This document shows, in pieces, positions 39,246 to 49,157 of a stretch of DNA of 64,000 nucleotides (position 1 is the first letter of the stretch; every line of letters starts with the position of its first letter). This stretch comes from Giardia intestinalis (taxonomy: Eukaryota): assembly GCA_000002435.2 (NCBI GenBank), contig CM018793.1; one strand, given 5' to 3'. Under the pieces are notes generated by a model. The model saw nothing but the letters and a program-made list of their open reading frames with translations. It ran no database searches and had not been told where the DNA came from. Position numbers and translations under genes: made by a program.

Positions 39246-40426
39246 TCTGCACGGGACTCAGCCTTGAACTCAAGCGTGTCCAAGTTGTAACGCGTCACGG
39301 GGCCAGGACAACTTTAAACCCATTTCCGGCTGAGACAGAGGACTGGATCTGCGATGGAATCGGAACCATTGCCTTTTCCACTCTGCAGGCAGGGTCCACA
39401 GCACATACAAAGCATTTCTTGGCTGTATATAACACACCGCATCCCACTCTTAAGGGTGGTTCGTGCATTCAGGGCATACTCACGAGGGAGGGTCGACTTC
39501 AGCATGAGCAATTGGGCAAGGCTTTTCGACAAAAGTACGGCGACTTCTTTCCCCGCAGGTTTGTGCAGGAGGCATTTTATATTCGATCTACCAACTATGA
39601 AAGAACAAAGCAATCCGCTATGAGCTTCTTAATAGGCATGTATCCAGAGCTGGGCCAAGGGTCTTATCACGATGGTCACCAGATAACTATGCCGGCTATT
39701 CACATAGCGGAGACAGATGACTGGTTGGAACTTATGGACTGTCCGTCAATGGATAAGGCCAAGAAGTATTTTTCCAGAGATCCGGACTATGTGCAGTTGC
39801 TGGAGCTTCATCAAGAGTCGCAACAGCGCTTGAGTAGGCTTGCTGGATTTAATGAAACAGTGGGCTGGGGCGTTCTCCGTGACAATCTTATTGCTCGCAC
39901 AACCATGGGCATTCCCCTGATGAAGGGCTTTACAGAGGTTGACGTCGAAGAGTCTCGCGAACTGCACGACGCTAAGTACAGGCTTGTGTACTGCCGCTCT
40001 GATCTGGAGGAAAGGAAGAAGTATCTCCGTCCTGCCATCGGGAGGCTCTTGAAGCTCTTGACCACTGAAATGAGCGACGAGCAGAGGGTGGAGAAACTCC
40101 TGCTGTACTCGGCACACGATACCACCCTGGCTCCGTTGATGGGTGCCCTTACCGACCCAAGCAAGTACGATTGTGCCCAGCCAGATTATGCATCATCAGT
40201 GACTTTTGAGCTTTATCAGCATGAAAATGACCGATACGTACGTCTCCTCTATAATAGCAAACCATTTGTCCCGCCCTTCTGTGCCTCGATTACAATAGGC
40301 GATATCGACAGCTTATGTCTGTTCGACGATTATGTTGCAGGCGTTTCCGAGTTCTACAGTATAGACTTTGAGGAGGAGTGCTACCACACTCAGTGGCCTG
40401 ACGCTCAGGAGATCAAAGCGAACTGA
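39224..40426 (+). CDS. Histidine acid phosphatase (lysosomal/prostatic acid phosphatase family)
   Basis: ATG plus signal peptide MVLFVALICTGLSLELK. The RHGxRxP signature (VVTRHGARTTLNPFP) is present near the N-terminus. The downstream HD motif (LLYSAHDTTLAPLMGAL) is also present. Length is ~400 aa. Confidence 0.85.
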   Translation: MVLFVALICTGLSLELKRVQVVTRHGARTTLNPFPAETEDWICDGIGTIAFSTLQAGSTAHTKHFLAVYNTPHPTLKGGSCIQGILTREGRLQHEQLGKAFRQKYGDFFPRRFVQEAFYIRSTNYERTKQSAMSFLIGMYPELGQGSYHDGHQITMPAIHIAETDDWLELMDCPSMDKAKKYFSRDPDYVQLLELHQESQQRLSRLAGFNETVGWGVLRDNLIARTTMGIPLMKGFTEVDVEESRELHDAKYRLVYCRSDLEERKKYLRPAIGRLLKLLTTEMSDEQRVEKLLLYSAHDTTLAPLMGALTDPSKYDCAQPDYASSVTFELYQHENDRYVRLLYNSKPFVPPFCASITIGDIDSLCLFDDYVAGVSEFYSIDFEEECYHTQWPDAQEIKAN

Positions 40427-40516
40427 GGATTACGGATCAACACTGGTATCTTTCAATCAAATCTGAGAAAAAAATCTGAAAAATTTAAAAAATAAAGCTC
40501 GGAAAGAAGGAAGCAG

Positions 40517-40921
40517 ATGGGAAATCCACGCATCGCAGCAGAGCAGTATCTCAAGAAGTACAACATCCCAGACCTTTTTGACTATCTCCTTTCCCAGATA
40601 GTCATCAACCTGCCGGAGGATCCATGGACCCATCTGTCCGAGATATGCGAAAAGCTTGACAGCCGCTCTTTCCAAGACAACATTCCCTTCTTCACGCGGG
40701 ACGAGATCAATATTGTATTCAGCAATTATGAGGTCTTAAACAGGGGTTACATCACAGGCGCCCAGGCAAAGCAGGCACTGAAGACAATGGGCCTTAAGCC
40801 GCGAATAGTAGATGATTTATTCATTGACGACGACGCCAATCTCTCTCGAGAGGAGTTCAGTCAGTATGCCGTCAACGGATTCAACAAGAGGTTGAACTCG
40901 TGGCTGGGGAAGTACCCATGA
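40517..40921 (+). CDS. Small protein (134 aa) with an RIIa/DPY-30-like N-terminal docking motif and an acidic EF-hand-like loop
   Basis: ATG start preceded by an AT-rich initiator (aaaaaatttaaaaaataaag...). AEQYLKKYNIPDLFDYLLSQIVINLPEDPWTHLSE resembles the RIIa dimerisation/docking helix pair (IP..L.E.L......P.D). DDLFIDDDANLSREEF is an acidic, non-canonical EF-like loop. Confidence 0.45.
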   Translation: MGNPRIAAEQYLKKYNIPDLFDYLLSQIVINLPEDPWTHLSEICEKLDSRSFQDNIPFFTRDEINIVFSNYEVLNRGYITGAQAKQALKTMGLKPRIVDDLFIDDDANLSREEFSQYAVNGFNKRLNSWLGKYP

Positions 40922-40947
40922 GGTCGGGGCAGGCCTTCAGCCATCCA

Positions 40948-42687
40948 TCATTGTATGCACGGACAGCCCGTATGCACCTCTATCTGCTCAAAGCGATCAG
41001 TAAACCAGTACTTGGCCAGGCTATGCAAGAAGTTGCTACTTCCAGACAGACCGGTTCCTTTGAAGCACTCTTTCGTTAGCCGACGCCCCTGCTCGAGCCG
41101 AGTCCTGATGTTAGCGAAGAGCCGGGCATTTAGAGTGCAGATGAGGAAAGGAACGTTTTCGGCGTCCTTCTGAGCATCACAAAGACGTGTCATAGATTCG
41201 CCTAGTGTGCCCTGCACGCTGGCCTTAGTAAGAAACTTATACTTCTTTAGAAGCTTTGAGTTAACGTACACATTACTCAGACGTGTTTTGACGAGATAGG
41301 GATGAATGAGACTGGGCGTCAACTGTAACTGCCTGGTTTGAACAGAGGGCATAAGGATAACAATGTCAAACATCTCATGGAGCTGTGATATTTCTGTTGA
41401 TATGCCTATTACGCCATTGAATGCGATGTTAAATGTTTGTGCTTCGCCGAGAGTCAAGGAGGTTGAGGCCTTATCGTCTGCATCTGACCAGAGGTAATTA
41501 AACATGGATACTTGAGAAATATGCGTGAGCCTTGATTCAACTGGCCCGCCGTGTAATTTGTGAACGACATTCTCGGGCCCGCTCTCGGTAGGGTCTAGAA
41601 ACAGAAATGGGCGATTGATTTTGGTCTGCTGCGCCACAGCCAATGAATGCAGTTCAATGTGACCCAACAAACGAGGAAGTAACGTATATCTTAGGGCCTC
41701 GGGAACGTTGTCCGACGTATCCGAGAGCAAGTCGCCGGGGGCAGTTCGTGACTCACAATCGTCATCAAAGAAACCCGATGCATTGTTTTTCAATTGCGTA
41801 GTTTGAAAGGACTTTCTCTTTGGGGAGACAACGACTTTACCCTGTCTTTCTACCCGCCGGGCATTCTTCTTATTCTTGTGACCATCATGGGAGGCAGCCT
41901 TTGTGACTGTCTGGGGTGAGAGCAGTATGTGATCATTAAACGTTGTCGTTATGCTGAGCATGGCGAGGGTTCCGATGATATCTACTATATGCTTAACAGG
42001 TGGGTGTGCTGCAATACCGACTCGAAGACCTAGGAGAAGACCTGCTCTGACAATTGCTAAAGTCGATTCATCAAATTCCTCAACAAGACGCTGATCCTGA
42101 TGAGGTCGAAAGAGCTGTGGCCTCATCAGTAGTCTAGCACCCAGAAGTGGACGCAGATGTTCCTTGAGCTCAGACCCAAGATCCAATGGGCTCACAATAG
42201 CCTCGCTTTCGTCGCGAAGACGTACAAGCTCGGAATATATCGTGTCACATACCTTTTTAATCTGAATGGCGCAATCAGAGTCTACAAGCCCCCGTTCCAG
42301 GAACAAGAGCATGTCTCCATGCCCAAAAAGAAGACCAACAGAGAACATTACCGCGTTTCTATTCGCCTGCTTTCCTGTTTCTCCTCTATAGCAGAACAGT
42401 GCAAAGCAACCTTGATGATAGGAGTAACACAAGTCATGCGTCTGCGTATGTGCTCCAGAGATGATGGATGTATGTTCTAGATTATTACTAAGCTTGTGCA
42501 TTAGTAGCATAGCCGGATCAGAGCTCTTCAGGGCGGTGCTGAAGTTATATACAAGCCCCTCCGAACTCATCAATAAGTCTAAAGTACTGCCATGAAGCGG
42601 ATCGAAGTGCGTGCAGAACACATGAGTGGCTTCCGCAAACCGCGGTTCCTCAGACTTGGTGTCCTTGGACGCCGACAGGAAGGCCAT
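40948..42687 (-). CDS. Hypothetical protein (579 aa)
   Basis: ATG start (MAFLSASKDTKSEEPRF...). Long uninterrupted ORF with no confident domain assignment. Confidence 0.55.
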   Translation of the reverse strand: MAFLSASKDTKSEEPRFAEATHVFCTHFDPLHGSTLDLLMSSEGLVYNFSTALKSSDPAMLLMHKLSNNLEHTSIISGAHTQTHDLCYSYHQGCFALFCYRGETGKQANRNAVMFSVGLLFGHGDMLLFLERGLVDSDCAIQIKKVCDTIYSELVRLRDESEAIVSPLDLGSELKEHLRPLLGARLLMRPQLFRPHQDQRLVEEFDESTLAIVRAGLLLGLRVGIAAHPPVKHIVDIIGTLAMLSITTTFNDHILLSPQTVTKAASHDGHKNKKNARRVERQGKVVVSPKRKSFQTTQLKNNASGFFDDDCESRTAPGDLLSDTSDNVPEALRYTLLPRLLGHIELHSLAVAQQTKINRPFLFLDPTESGPENVVHKLHGGPVESRLTHISQVSMFNYLWSDADDKASTSLTLGEAQTFNIAFNGVIGISTEISQLHEMFDIVILMPSVQTRQLQLTPSLIHPYLVKTRLSNVYVNSKLLKKYKFLTKASVQGTLGESMTRLCDAQKDAENVPFLICTLNARLFANIRTRLEQGRRLTKECFKGTGLSGSSNFLHSLAKYWFTDRFEQIEVHTGCPCIQ

Positions 42688-42711
42688 CTAATTTACACAC
42701 TCTAATTTACG

Positions 42712-43422
42712 TTAAGCGAGGACCACCTTGATCGAGGTCTGGACTGTTGGCACATCGATAACGGTGAGAGTTTCGTGCAGGGCGACTGTCTGTGGAAAGG
42801 AGATGCGCGAGAGACTCGACACAAGGTGTGGGTATTGGGTTTTGGTGTACTGTGTGCTTATGTGAAGTTCTTTGAGGACGTCAGTGAGCAGAGGAAGGAC
42901 CTGAGTGCATGCCCTCTTGCTTCCAAACCACACCTCTATCGTGCAGAACTCCTTCTCTAGCTTCAAGCAGCAGCCGTTGATTCCAAGCTTGGTCTTGTCT
43001 GTGGAGGCCGAGGAGTGCTCCAAAGCTCCAGTCAAAAGCAGTGTGCAGATAAAATTCCAGAGAGAATCTAGATCCGTGGGATCGACAATTGGATGTAACT
43101 TGTTAGACGCTTGATAGACCGCCTGGACTGCTTGCACCGATAGGCAACAGCGAAACCTGACGATCGATCCGCCGGCATTCATGGGATCTTCCCACAGGCA
43201 CTCTATTTGGTCTCTGAACAGTGAAATATGACCCTGCCTCAACTTTGAAATGGACGGAATGCTGTGCAAGGAAGATATAATTTCATCTAGATCAGTTGAA
43301 TCCACGCAAATCCTGCTATTCTGCTGGCTGAACGGTATCGGCAGGCTGTGCTTGGAGTAGAAACGCAAGGGCACCCAAAAGGCAACGCTCCACGAGGAGA
43401 GTAGCTCTCCCGTTGCCCCCAT
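42712..43422 (-). CDS. eIF4E-like mRNA cap-binding protein (~237 aa from first ATG)
   Basis: The track start at 43491 is GTG; the first ATG at 43422 gives MGATGELLSSWSVAFWVPL... SLFRDQIECLWEDPMNAGGSIVRF parallels the eIF4E block SLFKDGIEPMWEDEKNKRGGRW. DSLWNFICTLLLTGALE parallels DRFWLETLLCLIGE. GCCLKLEKEFCTIEVWF parallels GAVVNVRAKGDKIAIWT. The conserved Trp scaffold is present. Confidence 0.55.
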   Translation of the reverse strand: MGATGELLSSWSVAFWVPLRFYSKHSLPIPFSQQNSRICVDSTDLDEIISSLHSIPSISKLRQGHISLFRDQIECLWEDPMNAGGSIVRFRCCLSVQAVQAVYQASNKLHPIVDPTDLDSLWNFICTLLLTGALEHSSASTDKTKLGINGCCLKLEKEFCTIEVWFGSKRACTQVLPLLTDVLKELHISTQYTKTQYPHLVSSLSRISFPQTVALHETLTVIDVPTVQTSIKVVLA

Positions 43423-43463
43423 TTTTTGACCCACTCGTTTTAAAACAAAAAGGCAACACGGAT

Positions 43464-43970
43464 TCAAGGCTGCTTTGGCACATCGAGCCACTGCGCAATT
43501 TTGTCACAGCCTTGGCCGTCCAGCCCACAAAACATAAAAACCTCTTGGACGCGGTCTTTGTCCAGTTGTAAAGTGGTCCTGTAATAATCGGCCTTTTGCG
43601 ACACCCCAGGCTGGTCTATTTTCGTTACTACCACTGCAAAACGGGAAGCACGCATGTCCGTGTGCCCCAATATGTCCTTTATCAGATCCCGCGCTTGATC
43701 GAGCGGGCTTGTCCCGTCGACCACAAAGAGGCACGTTTGCGTGCCTGAGTAGTGCTCACTCCACAGCTGCATCATCTCAGCCGAGCCACCCACGTCTATA
43801 ACTTCATATCTATTGTATTTCTCTGCAGTGAAGTTGATTGTGGGATTGACAACAGTAAACGAGTTGGTTTTTAGGTAATTGATCAGGGTGGATTTCCCAG
43901 AGAACTGCCGGCCCAGAATCAATAACTTGGCTGTTTTATGGCGAGCGGGTCTGGAGCTGGCTGCACCCAT
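43464..43970 (-). CDS. ARF-like small GTPase (ARL)
   Basis: ATG start with MGAASS (N-myristoylation-type Gly2). Motifs present are G1 LGRQFSGKST, switch-I Thr in TINFTAEKY, DVGGSAEMMQLWSEHY (DxxGQ/WxxY-like), a TKID box (variant of NKxD) and C-terminal FCGLDGQGCDKIAQWL (SAxxGxGLxEGLxWL-like). Confidence 0.8.
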   Translation of the reverse strand: MGAASSRPARHKTAKLLILGRQFSGKSTLINYLKTNSFTVVNPTINFTAEKYNRYEVIDVGGSAEMMQLWSEHYSGTQTCLFVVDGTSPLDQARDLIKDILGHTDMRASRFAVVVTKIDQPGVSQKADYYRTTLQLDKDRVQEVFMFCGLDGQGCDKIAQWLDVPKQP

Positions 43971-44104
43971 AATATTTTATAATTTTTTAAGTTATGAGCA
44001 AGGAAAGAGGAAGGCATAACAAAGGTCTTATTGGATGAAAAGCCTTAGTCAGTACTTACAGAACTAGAGCCGCAACAGAACGGGATCCGGTCATAAGACC
44101 CCAC

Positions 44105-47100
44105 TCAGATCTTACCGTAAGTGGACCTTCTGCTCGGTGTAAGAGCGGTCCCAGCCCCGGAGCTGGGAGCCCTGTAGTTCAGTGCTTCTGCAGCCTTCGG
44201 TAAGTCAACTAGCATGAGCTTGTCCATCAACTCCTTCTGCCTTTCCAACTCGGTCATAACTATGGTTTTCTGTTGCGAGAGGGTGCTCATTGTTTGAGAT
44301 GCATCCAGCATGGATTTGCTGAGCCTTGTCGTCATGTTCTCTGCCTGATTGCGTAGATCGTTAATTTCTTGCTCATATCTAACATTCTCGGCTATTATAT
44401 CATCCATGGCAGACATCTGCTTGTTCAGAGCCAATATATCTTTCTTGAGAGCATCGTTTTCTGCCTTAAGTAAAAGAAATTCTTTGGTTGATGTGATTAG
44501 GCTACTGAATTTTGAATAGAGCATAGAGTGCTCCCTCTCTATACCCTCTGGATTATCTGCCGTCACTTCTATCTCCTGTATTAGTGCTCTCAGTGCATCA
44601 CGCTCCTCAATGAGAGAGGTTATGTCTACATAGGTCTTCTTAAGAGATGCCAGTTTCCGTTTCAGTATTGTTACCTCCTCGATCAGGCAAGGATCGTCCT
44701 TATGACCCAGAAACTGTGCCAATTGGTCTTCAAGATACTGTCGTTCGAGAACAGCAGCGGCTACTTCCGGGTTAGCTTGTCTTGCCTCCTCAAGTGAGCT
44801 GGAGAGTGAGGCTATCTGCCGGTCCAGAAGTGTCGGATTGGTGGAAAAATCCCGAAACTCTTGTAAGTCCTGAGACAGTTCGGCTCTGTGCTTAATTCTG
44901 GCGCTCAGGGACGTGTTGCTGTCACGAGCAGTTGCTAGCTGTACTTCCAGTGTCTCTATTTCATTTTGGAGGCGACTCTCTTGGCCTATTTGGCTCTTGA
45001 ATTCCTTTAATTCCTTTCTCAACGATAAAGCCTTATCGATCATGGTGCTAAGGTTATAGTTACTGGACTTAAACGCCTCCAATATGTTGTGCAAATTATC
45101 AATCCTGGTTTGTAGCGCCTTTGTGTTTCTCTCAGTTCCTTCTGCGCTCTCTGCTGCCATCTGGCAGTCCTCACAGAGGATGGTGAGGTCTTCTATGTCA
45201 AGAAGGCAGTTATGTATTTCTGGATAAGACTCTCGTAATTCAAGAAGGTTGTTTTGTATGACTTCGCGGCGAGTTTCTAGCTCATCTAGGGCTCCTGGCC
45301 TGAGATAATTGTCTATCTCGGCGTGCAAGTCCTTTATGTCCTGGTTCAATGCAGTTATCGCGTGATCATCCTGCTGCAGTTGTTGAAGCTGCAGTTGAAG
45401 ATGTGCCTTCTTGGCCTCTAATTGGTCAAGGACGACTTTTGGATCCTCGATGCGCTCATATTGCTTTAGTGACATTCCCAGCTCGTCGCAGTCCTTTATT
45501 AACTGGTGTAGCTGTGGATTGGCCTTCATTAGCGCATCGAAACGAAGCTGCAGATCACTCTTCTTTGTCTCGAGCAGCTCAGTATTGAGCCTCCCTTCAT
45601 GGATGTCACCAACCAACGTCTCTAGGTACTTATTTTCCTCTATGATGCTGAAAATGGAAGGATGCTTCTGTTTGAGAGCAGACAGTTGATCTACCAAGTT
45701 GGCATTTTCACGCACTATGGCAGAAGGCTGTTTAATGGCATTTGTTAAGCTATTAAGCTCTACCGTGGTTACTTCTATGCGGTTAATAAGCTCGGCTAGC
45801 TGGGGATTAGACTTCCGGAGCGTCTCCACTTCTGTTTCCAGACTCCTCTGACGGGCCTCGAGACGGCTCGGGTTATCTTTGTATGTCTTCATCTCTTCTA
45901 ATATCAGTTTGAGGTGCTCTACCTCGTTGACAAGGTGAGTGATGCCTTTTTCGCTCTTTATAGTGAAAAGCTCGGTCTGGAGTTGCGAGATATCATCAGA
46001 CAACGTCTTTTCATTGATCTCTCCGGATTTAAAGGCATTAATGAGACCTCTGAGCCGGTCTTGTTCGTCAAGTAGTAGCGAAACAGCAGAATTAGTATTT
46101 CTTAGAACGCGTGCCTCATTGCTTAACGATGTAATGACATTGCGTAACTCTGTTGTATCCAGAGAGTAGCGCTGAAGTTCAACAATCTCACGCTCTAGTT
46201 GGGCTTTCTCAGCTAAAAGTGCACCAACGGGTGACTTCTTTGCAGTATCATCTAGCGCTTTCAGTTGAGCCTTCAGTTGGGCAATTTGTTCCACGAGGCA
46301 TTCTGACTTGACAGAGTTATCTTTAGCTAATTGCGTGCTGGCTTCCAGCTTCTGCTGAAGAGAGTCAATCTCTGCAAGACGCTCAAACACATGGCTGTGC
46401 GCACTGTGCAATTCAGCAATCTCGTGCTCAATCTCTACTTTTTTCTGAGCAAGCTGGTCAGGACTATTAATATAGTTTTTGTATTGGCTCACTTCCTGCT
46501 GCATGCCCTCAACAGACTGCAGCAGCTGAAGAACATCCGGGGAGCCACGCTTCAAATCCTCCAAGGCATTGATTAGCTCACGATTTTGCTGCTCTAGCCG
46601 TGGCCTAGATTGAATAGCTATCTCTAGTGTTTGCATCTTCTCCTTCAGGCGTTCATTTTCAGCCAAAAGGGAATCTATGTCTGGGTTAAGTGTCTTCAGT
46701 TCTGCAATCTTATCTAGCAATACCTGCTTGCTTTCCTCCAAACGTCCTCTATCATCAATGCTCGCGTGGAACTCATTGATTTGCTGCAGCAAGCACAGCT
46801 TATCTTGTATGATGGATTCGATATCTGGAAAGTCGAGCTGCAATGCCGCCAGATTCTCTTGTAGCTTGTAATTATCTTCTTGCAAAGCTTCAGGATCTAT
46901 ATTTCCTTCTTTAATATCCATTATTTGGGTGCGGAGTGCGTTGTTTTCGTCCAGGAGCCTCAGAGTATTTCCGTGGGCTTCTTTCAACGCTGCTAGATTT
47001 TCCTGCAGCTGGATATAGTCCGCCTCAATTGTGAGCTTATTGCGCACTGCTGTCTCTACTGCTGCTTGCTCTTCACGGATCTTCTCCAAACCGGTTATCA

Positions 47101-49063
47101 TAGATAGAATCTCCGCACTACTCTCCTTTATTGAAGCCAGCTCTTCTTGAGACTTAACTAGCTCCCCTAGAAGTGTAGAAGGAGACTCAGCGTATAGCTT
47201 AAGCGACTTGATCTCGTTCTGAATGATGCCACGCTTTTCTAGAAGCTCCACTACTCCCGGTGAGTTTGTGCGGAGATCGTTTAGCTCCTGTTCTAGATTA
47301 CAAATCTCTGTGGCAAGAGCGGTGCTGCTGGTTGCAAGTCCATTGAGCTCCATGATCTCGTCTTGCAGAGCTGCTCTCTGCTTAGTAAGTTTCTCCACCT
47401 CTGGGTTATTGCGTTTAAGCTCTTCTTTCAGCCCGCGCATAGCCTCCACTTCGTTGTAAATTGTCTTTATATTGGCCAATGAATCTCCGAAGTTCTTGAT
47501 ATCCTGAGCCAGCTTGTTCTTATCTGCCAAAAGCCCAACGATATCTGGGTTCCCTTCTACTAGCATTGTTAGCTCTCCTCTCAATACCTCTAGTTCTTGC
47601 TCCAAGCTTTGCTTGTTATTTATGTACTCCTTAAACTCTAAGATCTCGTCATGTGTTCGCTTATAGATGTCAACGAGAAGTTTCACATCCGGAGAGGATG
47701 TCTTCAGCATTCCTAGCGTCTCCTTTTCCTGATTAAGCTTGTCAGCAAATCCAGCATTGTTGTCGAGTGCCTGCTGATAGAGGTCCACAATAGATCTGCA
47801 CTCCACATGCTCTCTAACCAGGAGGGAAATCTCTGGGTTGTTCTTTTCAAGTTCTGTAAGCTTCTGCTTCAGGCTTGTACATTCAAAAAGAGCACTTTCT
47901 AGAGTGCTGGTAGAGATGCGTTGTATCATGGAGCGCAGGTCTTCTGCCTTCTTAAGGGTCTCTGCGACATCCGGGTGGTTGGCCGCCATTTCCTGGTATT
48001 GCTTGCGAAGCAACGCATTCTCATTTAACCCATTTGTGGGAAACTGCACCATCTGCCGCAACTCTTCGATGTTCGATAGTAGCTGCTTTCTCTCTGTATA
48101 CCCTTGCATGACTGCCGGGTTGCTTTCGAGTATGGAGTCTATGCTCTGCTGGAGCATGCTTATATTATCAGTTAAACTAACAGGATTAATAATATAATTG
48201 TCCAACAGGCTTTTCTCTGCTTTGAGTTCCATGATTTTGTCAATATACACCGATGCAGTTTGATGTTTCGCGCGCTTAAGCTCAATGGTCGCTTGAAGTG
48301 CAGAGATCTGGTGCGATAGTTGGCTCAGGTCTTCCCCTGTATCCTCGGATGGCGCTGGACCATTACGAACAGGATGCTCAATTAAGGAATATAGATTAAG
48401 CTCGTGTTCTGCGTCTAAATAATCCTGTACCAAGGCCAGTGAATCCGCACTCATCGCTTTTCGAGTCTCCTCAATCTGCTTCCTCAGCAGCTCTGCCTCT
48501 GGGAGCATGACATGGCTTCCACTTGAAGCTGCCTGGATAGCTCGTGTAAGTACTTCAAGCTCCTTTTCAAGCTCTAATTTTTCAGATGTACATTTTTGAA
48601 TGGTCGGGTTTGTGCCCAAATCTGCCACCCGTGTCCGTAGCTCTTCGACTGTGCGGGAAAGAGAGCTCAACTCGGCAAGCTGATCCTGCAATTTAGTGCA
48701 TTCTTCTTTGAGAGCTTCCCTACTTCCTGATTGTTGTTCAATGGCTTCAATACTGGCAAGAAGGTCCTGTCGTGTGACAGATAACGTGGCACGCCCAGAG
48801 AGATCTTGGCAGGACGCAAGAATTGCACCATAAAGAGACTCCACCCGGCCATCGAGTTGCTGACGATACGTCTCCGAGAGCCTCTGTACCTGGAGCTGAA
48901 GCTCAGCACCAAGATTCTTCACGACTTCCTCCGGAAAAAGCCCTGCACCGCCCAAAAGCGCCAAGACATATGTGCTAAAGATATCCATTGTGCCGCTCAC
49001 AGCACCGTTCACTTCCTCGACCAGGGCACTCAGCTGCTCCAGTGGCACGGGATTCAAGGACAT
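44105..49063 (-). CDS. Very long coiled-coil protein (~1,650 aa) with a recurring L..L(R/K)..NP(D/E)(I/V)..LL module
   Basis: The track start at 49084 is TTG; the first ATG is at 49063 (MSLNPVPLEQ...). It is heptad-rich E/L/K/Q throughout. At least 12 copies of the module occur, e.g. KNNPEISLLV, SSPDVKLLV, GNPDIVGLL, NNPEVEKLT, NSPGVVELL, NPDIDSLL, GSPDVLQLL, SNPQLAELI, ANPQLHQLI, ANPEVAAAV. Confidence 0.8.
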   Translation of the reverse strand: MSLNPVPLEQLSALVEEVNGAVSGTMDIFSTYVLALLGGAGLFPEEVVKNLGAELQLQVQRLSETYRQQLDGRVESLYGAILASCQDLSGRATLSVTRQDLLASIEAIEQQSGSREALKEECTKLQDQLAELSSLSRTVEELRTRVADLGTNPTIQKCTSEKLELEKELEVLTRAIQAASSGSHVMLPEAELLRKQIEETRKAMSADSLALVQDYLDAEHELNLYSLIEHPVRNGPAPSEDTGEDLSQLSHQISALQATIELKRAKHQTASVYIDKIMELKAEKSLLDNYIINPVSLTDNISMLQQSIDSILESNPAVMQGYTERKQLLSNIEELRQMVQFPTNGLNENALLRKQYQEMAANHPDVAETLKKAEDLRSMIQRISTSTLESALFECTSLKQKLTELEKNNPEISLLVREHVECRSIVDLYQQALDNNAGFADKLNQEKETLGMLKTSSPDVKLLVDIYKRTHDEILEFKEYINNKQSLEQELEVLRGELTMLVEGNPDIVGLLADKNKLAQDIKNFGDSLANIKTIYNEVEAMRGLKEELKRNNPEVEKLTKQRAALQDEIMELNGLATSSTALATEICNLEQELNDLRTNSPGVVELLEKRGIIQNEIKSLKLYAESPSTLLGELVKSQEELASIKESSAEILSMITGLEKIREEQAAVETAVRNKLTIEADYIQLQENLAALKEAHGNTLRLLDENNALRTQIMDIKEGNIDPEALQEDNYKLQENLAALQLDFPDIESIIQDKLCLLQQINEFHASIDDRGRLEESKQVLLDKIAELKTLNPDIDSLLAENERLKEKMQTLEIAIQSRPRLEQQNRELINALEDLKRGSPDVLQLLQSVEGMQQEVSQYKNYINSPDQLAQKKVEIEHEIAELHSAHSHVFERLAEIDSLQQKLEASTQLAKDNSVKSECLVEQIAQLKAQLKALDDTAKKSPVGALLAEKAQLEREIVELQRYSLDTTELRNVITSLSNEARVLRNTNSAVSLLLDEQDRLRGLINAFKSGEINEKTLSDDISQLQTELFTIKSEKGITHLVNEVEHLKLILEEMKTYKDNPSRLEARQRSLETEVETLRKSNPQLAELINRIEVTTVELNSLTNAIKQPSAIVRENANLVDQLSALKQKHPSIFSIIEENKYLETLVGDIHEGRLNTELLETKKSDLQLRFDALMKANPQLHQLIKDCDELGMSLKQYERIEDPKVVLDQLEAKKAHLQLQLQQLQQDDHAITALNQDIKDLHAEIDNYLRPGALDELETRREVIQNNLLELRESYPEIHNCLLDIEDLTILCEDCQMAAESAEGTERNTKALQTRIDNLHNILEAFKSSNYNLSTMIDKALSLRKELKEFKSQIGQESRLQNEIETLEVQLATARDSNTSLSARIKHRAELSQDLQEFRDFSTNPTLLDRQIASLSSSLEEARQANPEVAAAVLERQYLEDQLAQFLGHKDDPCLIEEVTILKRKLASLKKTYVDITSLIEERDALRALIQEIEVTADNPEGIEREHSMLYSKFSSLITSTKEFLLLKAENDALKKDILALNKQMSAMDDIIAENVRYEQEINDLRNQAENMTTRLSKSMLDASQTMSTLSQQKTIVMTELERQKELMDKLMLVDLPKAAEALNYRAPSSGAGTALTPSRRSTYGKI

Positions 49064-49157
49064 TGCCTGTATAGTATTAGTCAAAAATTATTACAAGTAG
49101 TTGCAAAAATTATGGCAAATGCTAAATTCCGAATTTTGAGACACCTCTAAATTAAAA
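49064..49157. promoter_or_regulatory. AT-rich bidirectional promoter region between the two coiled-coil genes; classic Giardia initiator aaattaaaaATG at 49149-49160
   Basis: This 94-bp spacer (…caaaaattattacaagtagttgcaaaaattatggcaaatgctaaattccgaattttgag…acctctaaattaaaaATGtcc) is flanked by divergent ATGs. Confidence 0.55.
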
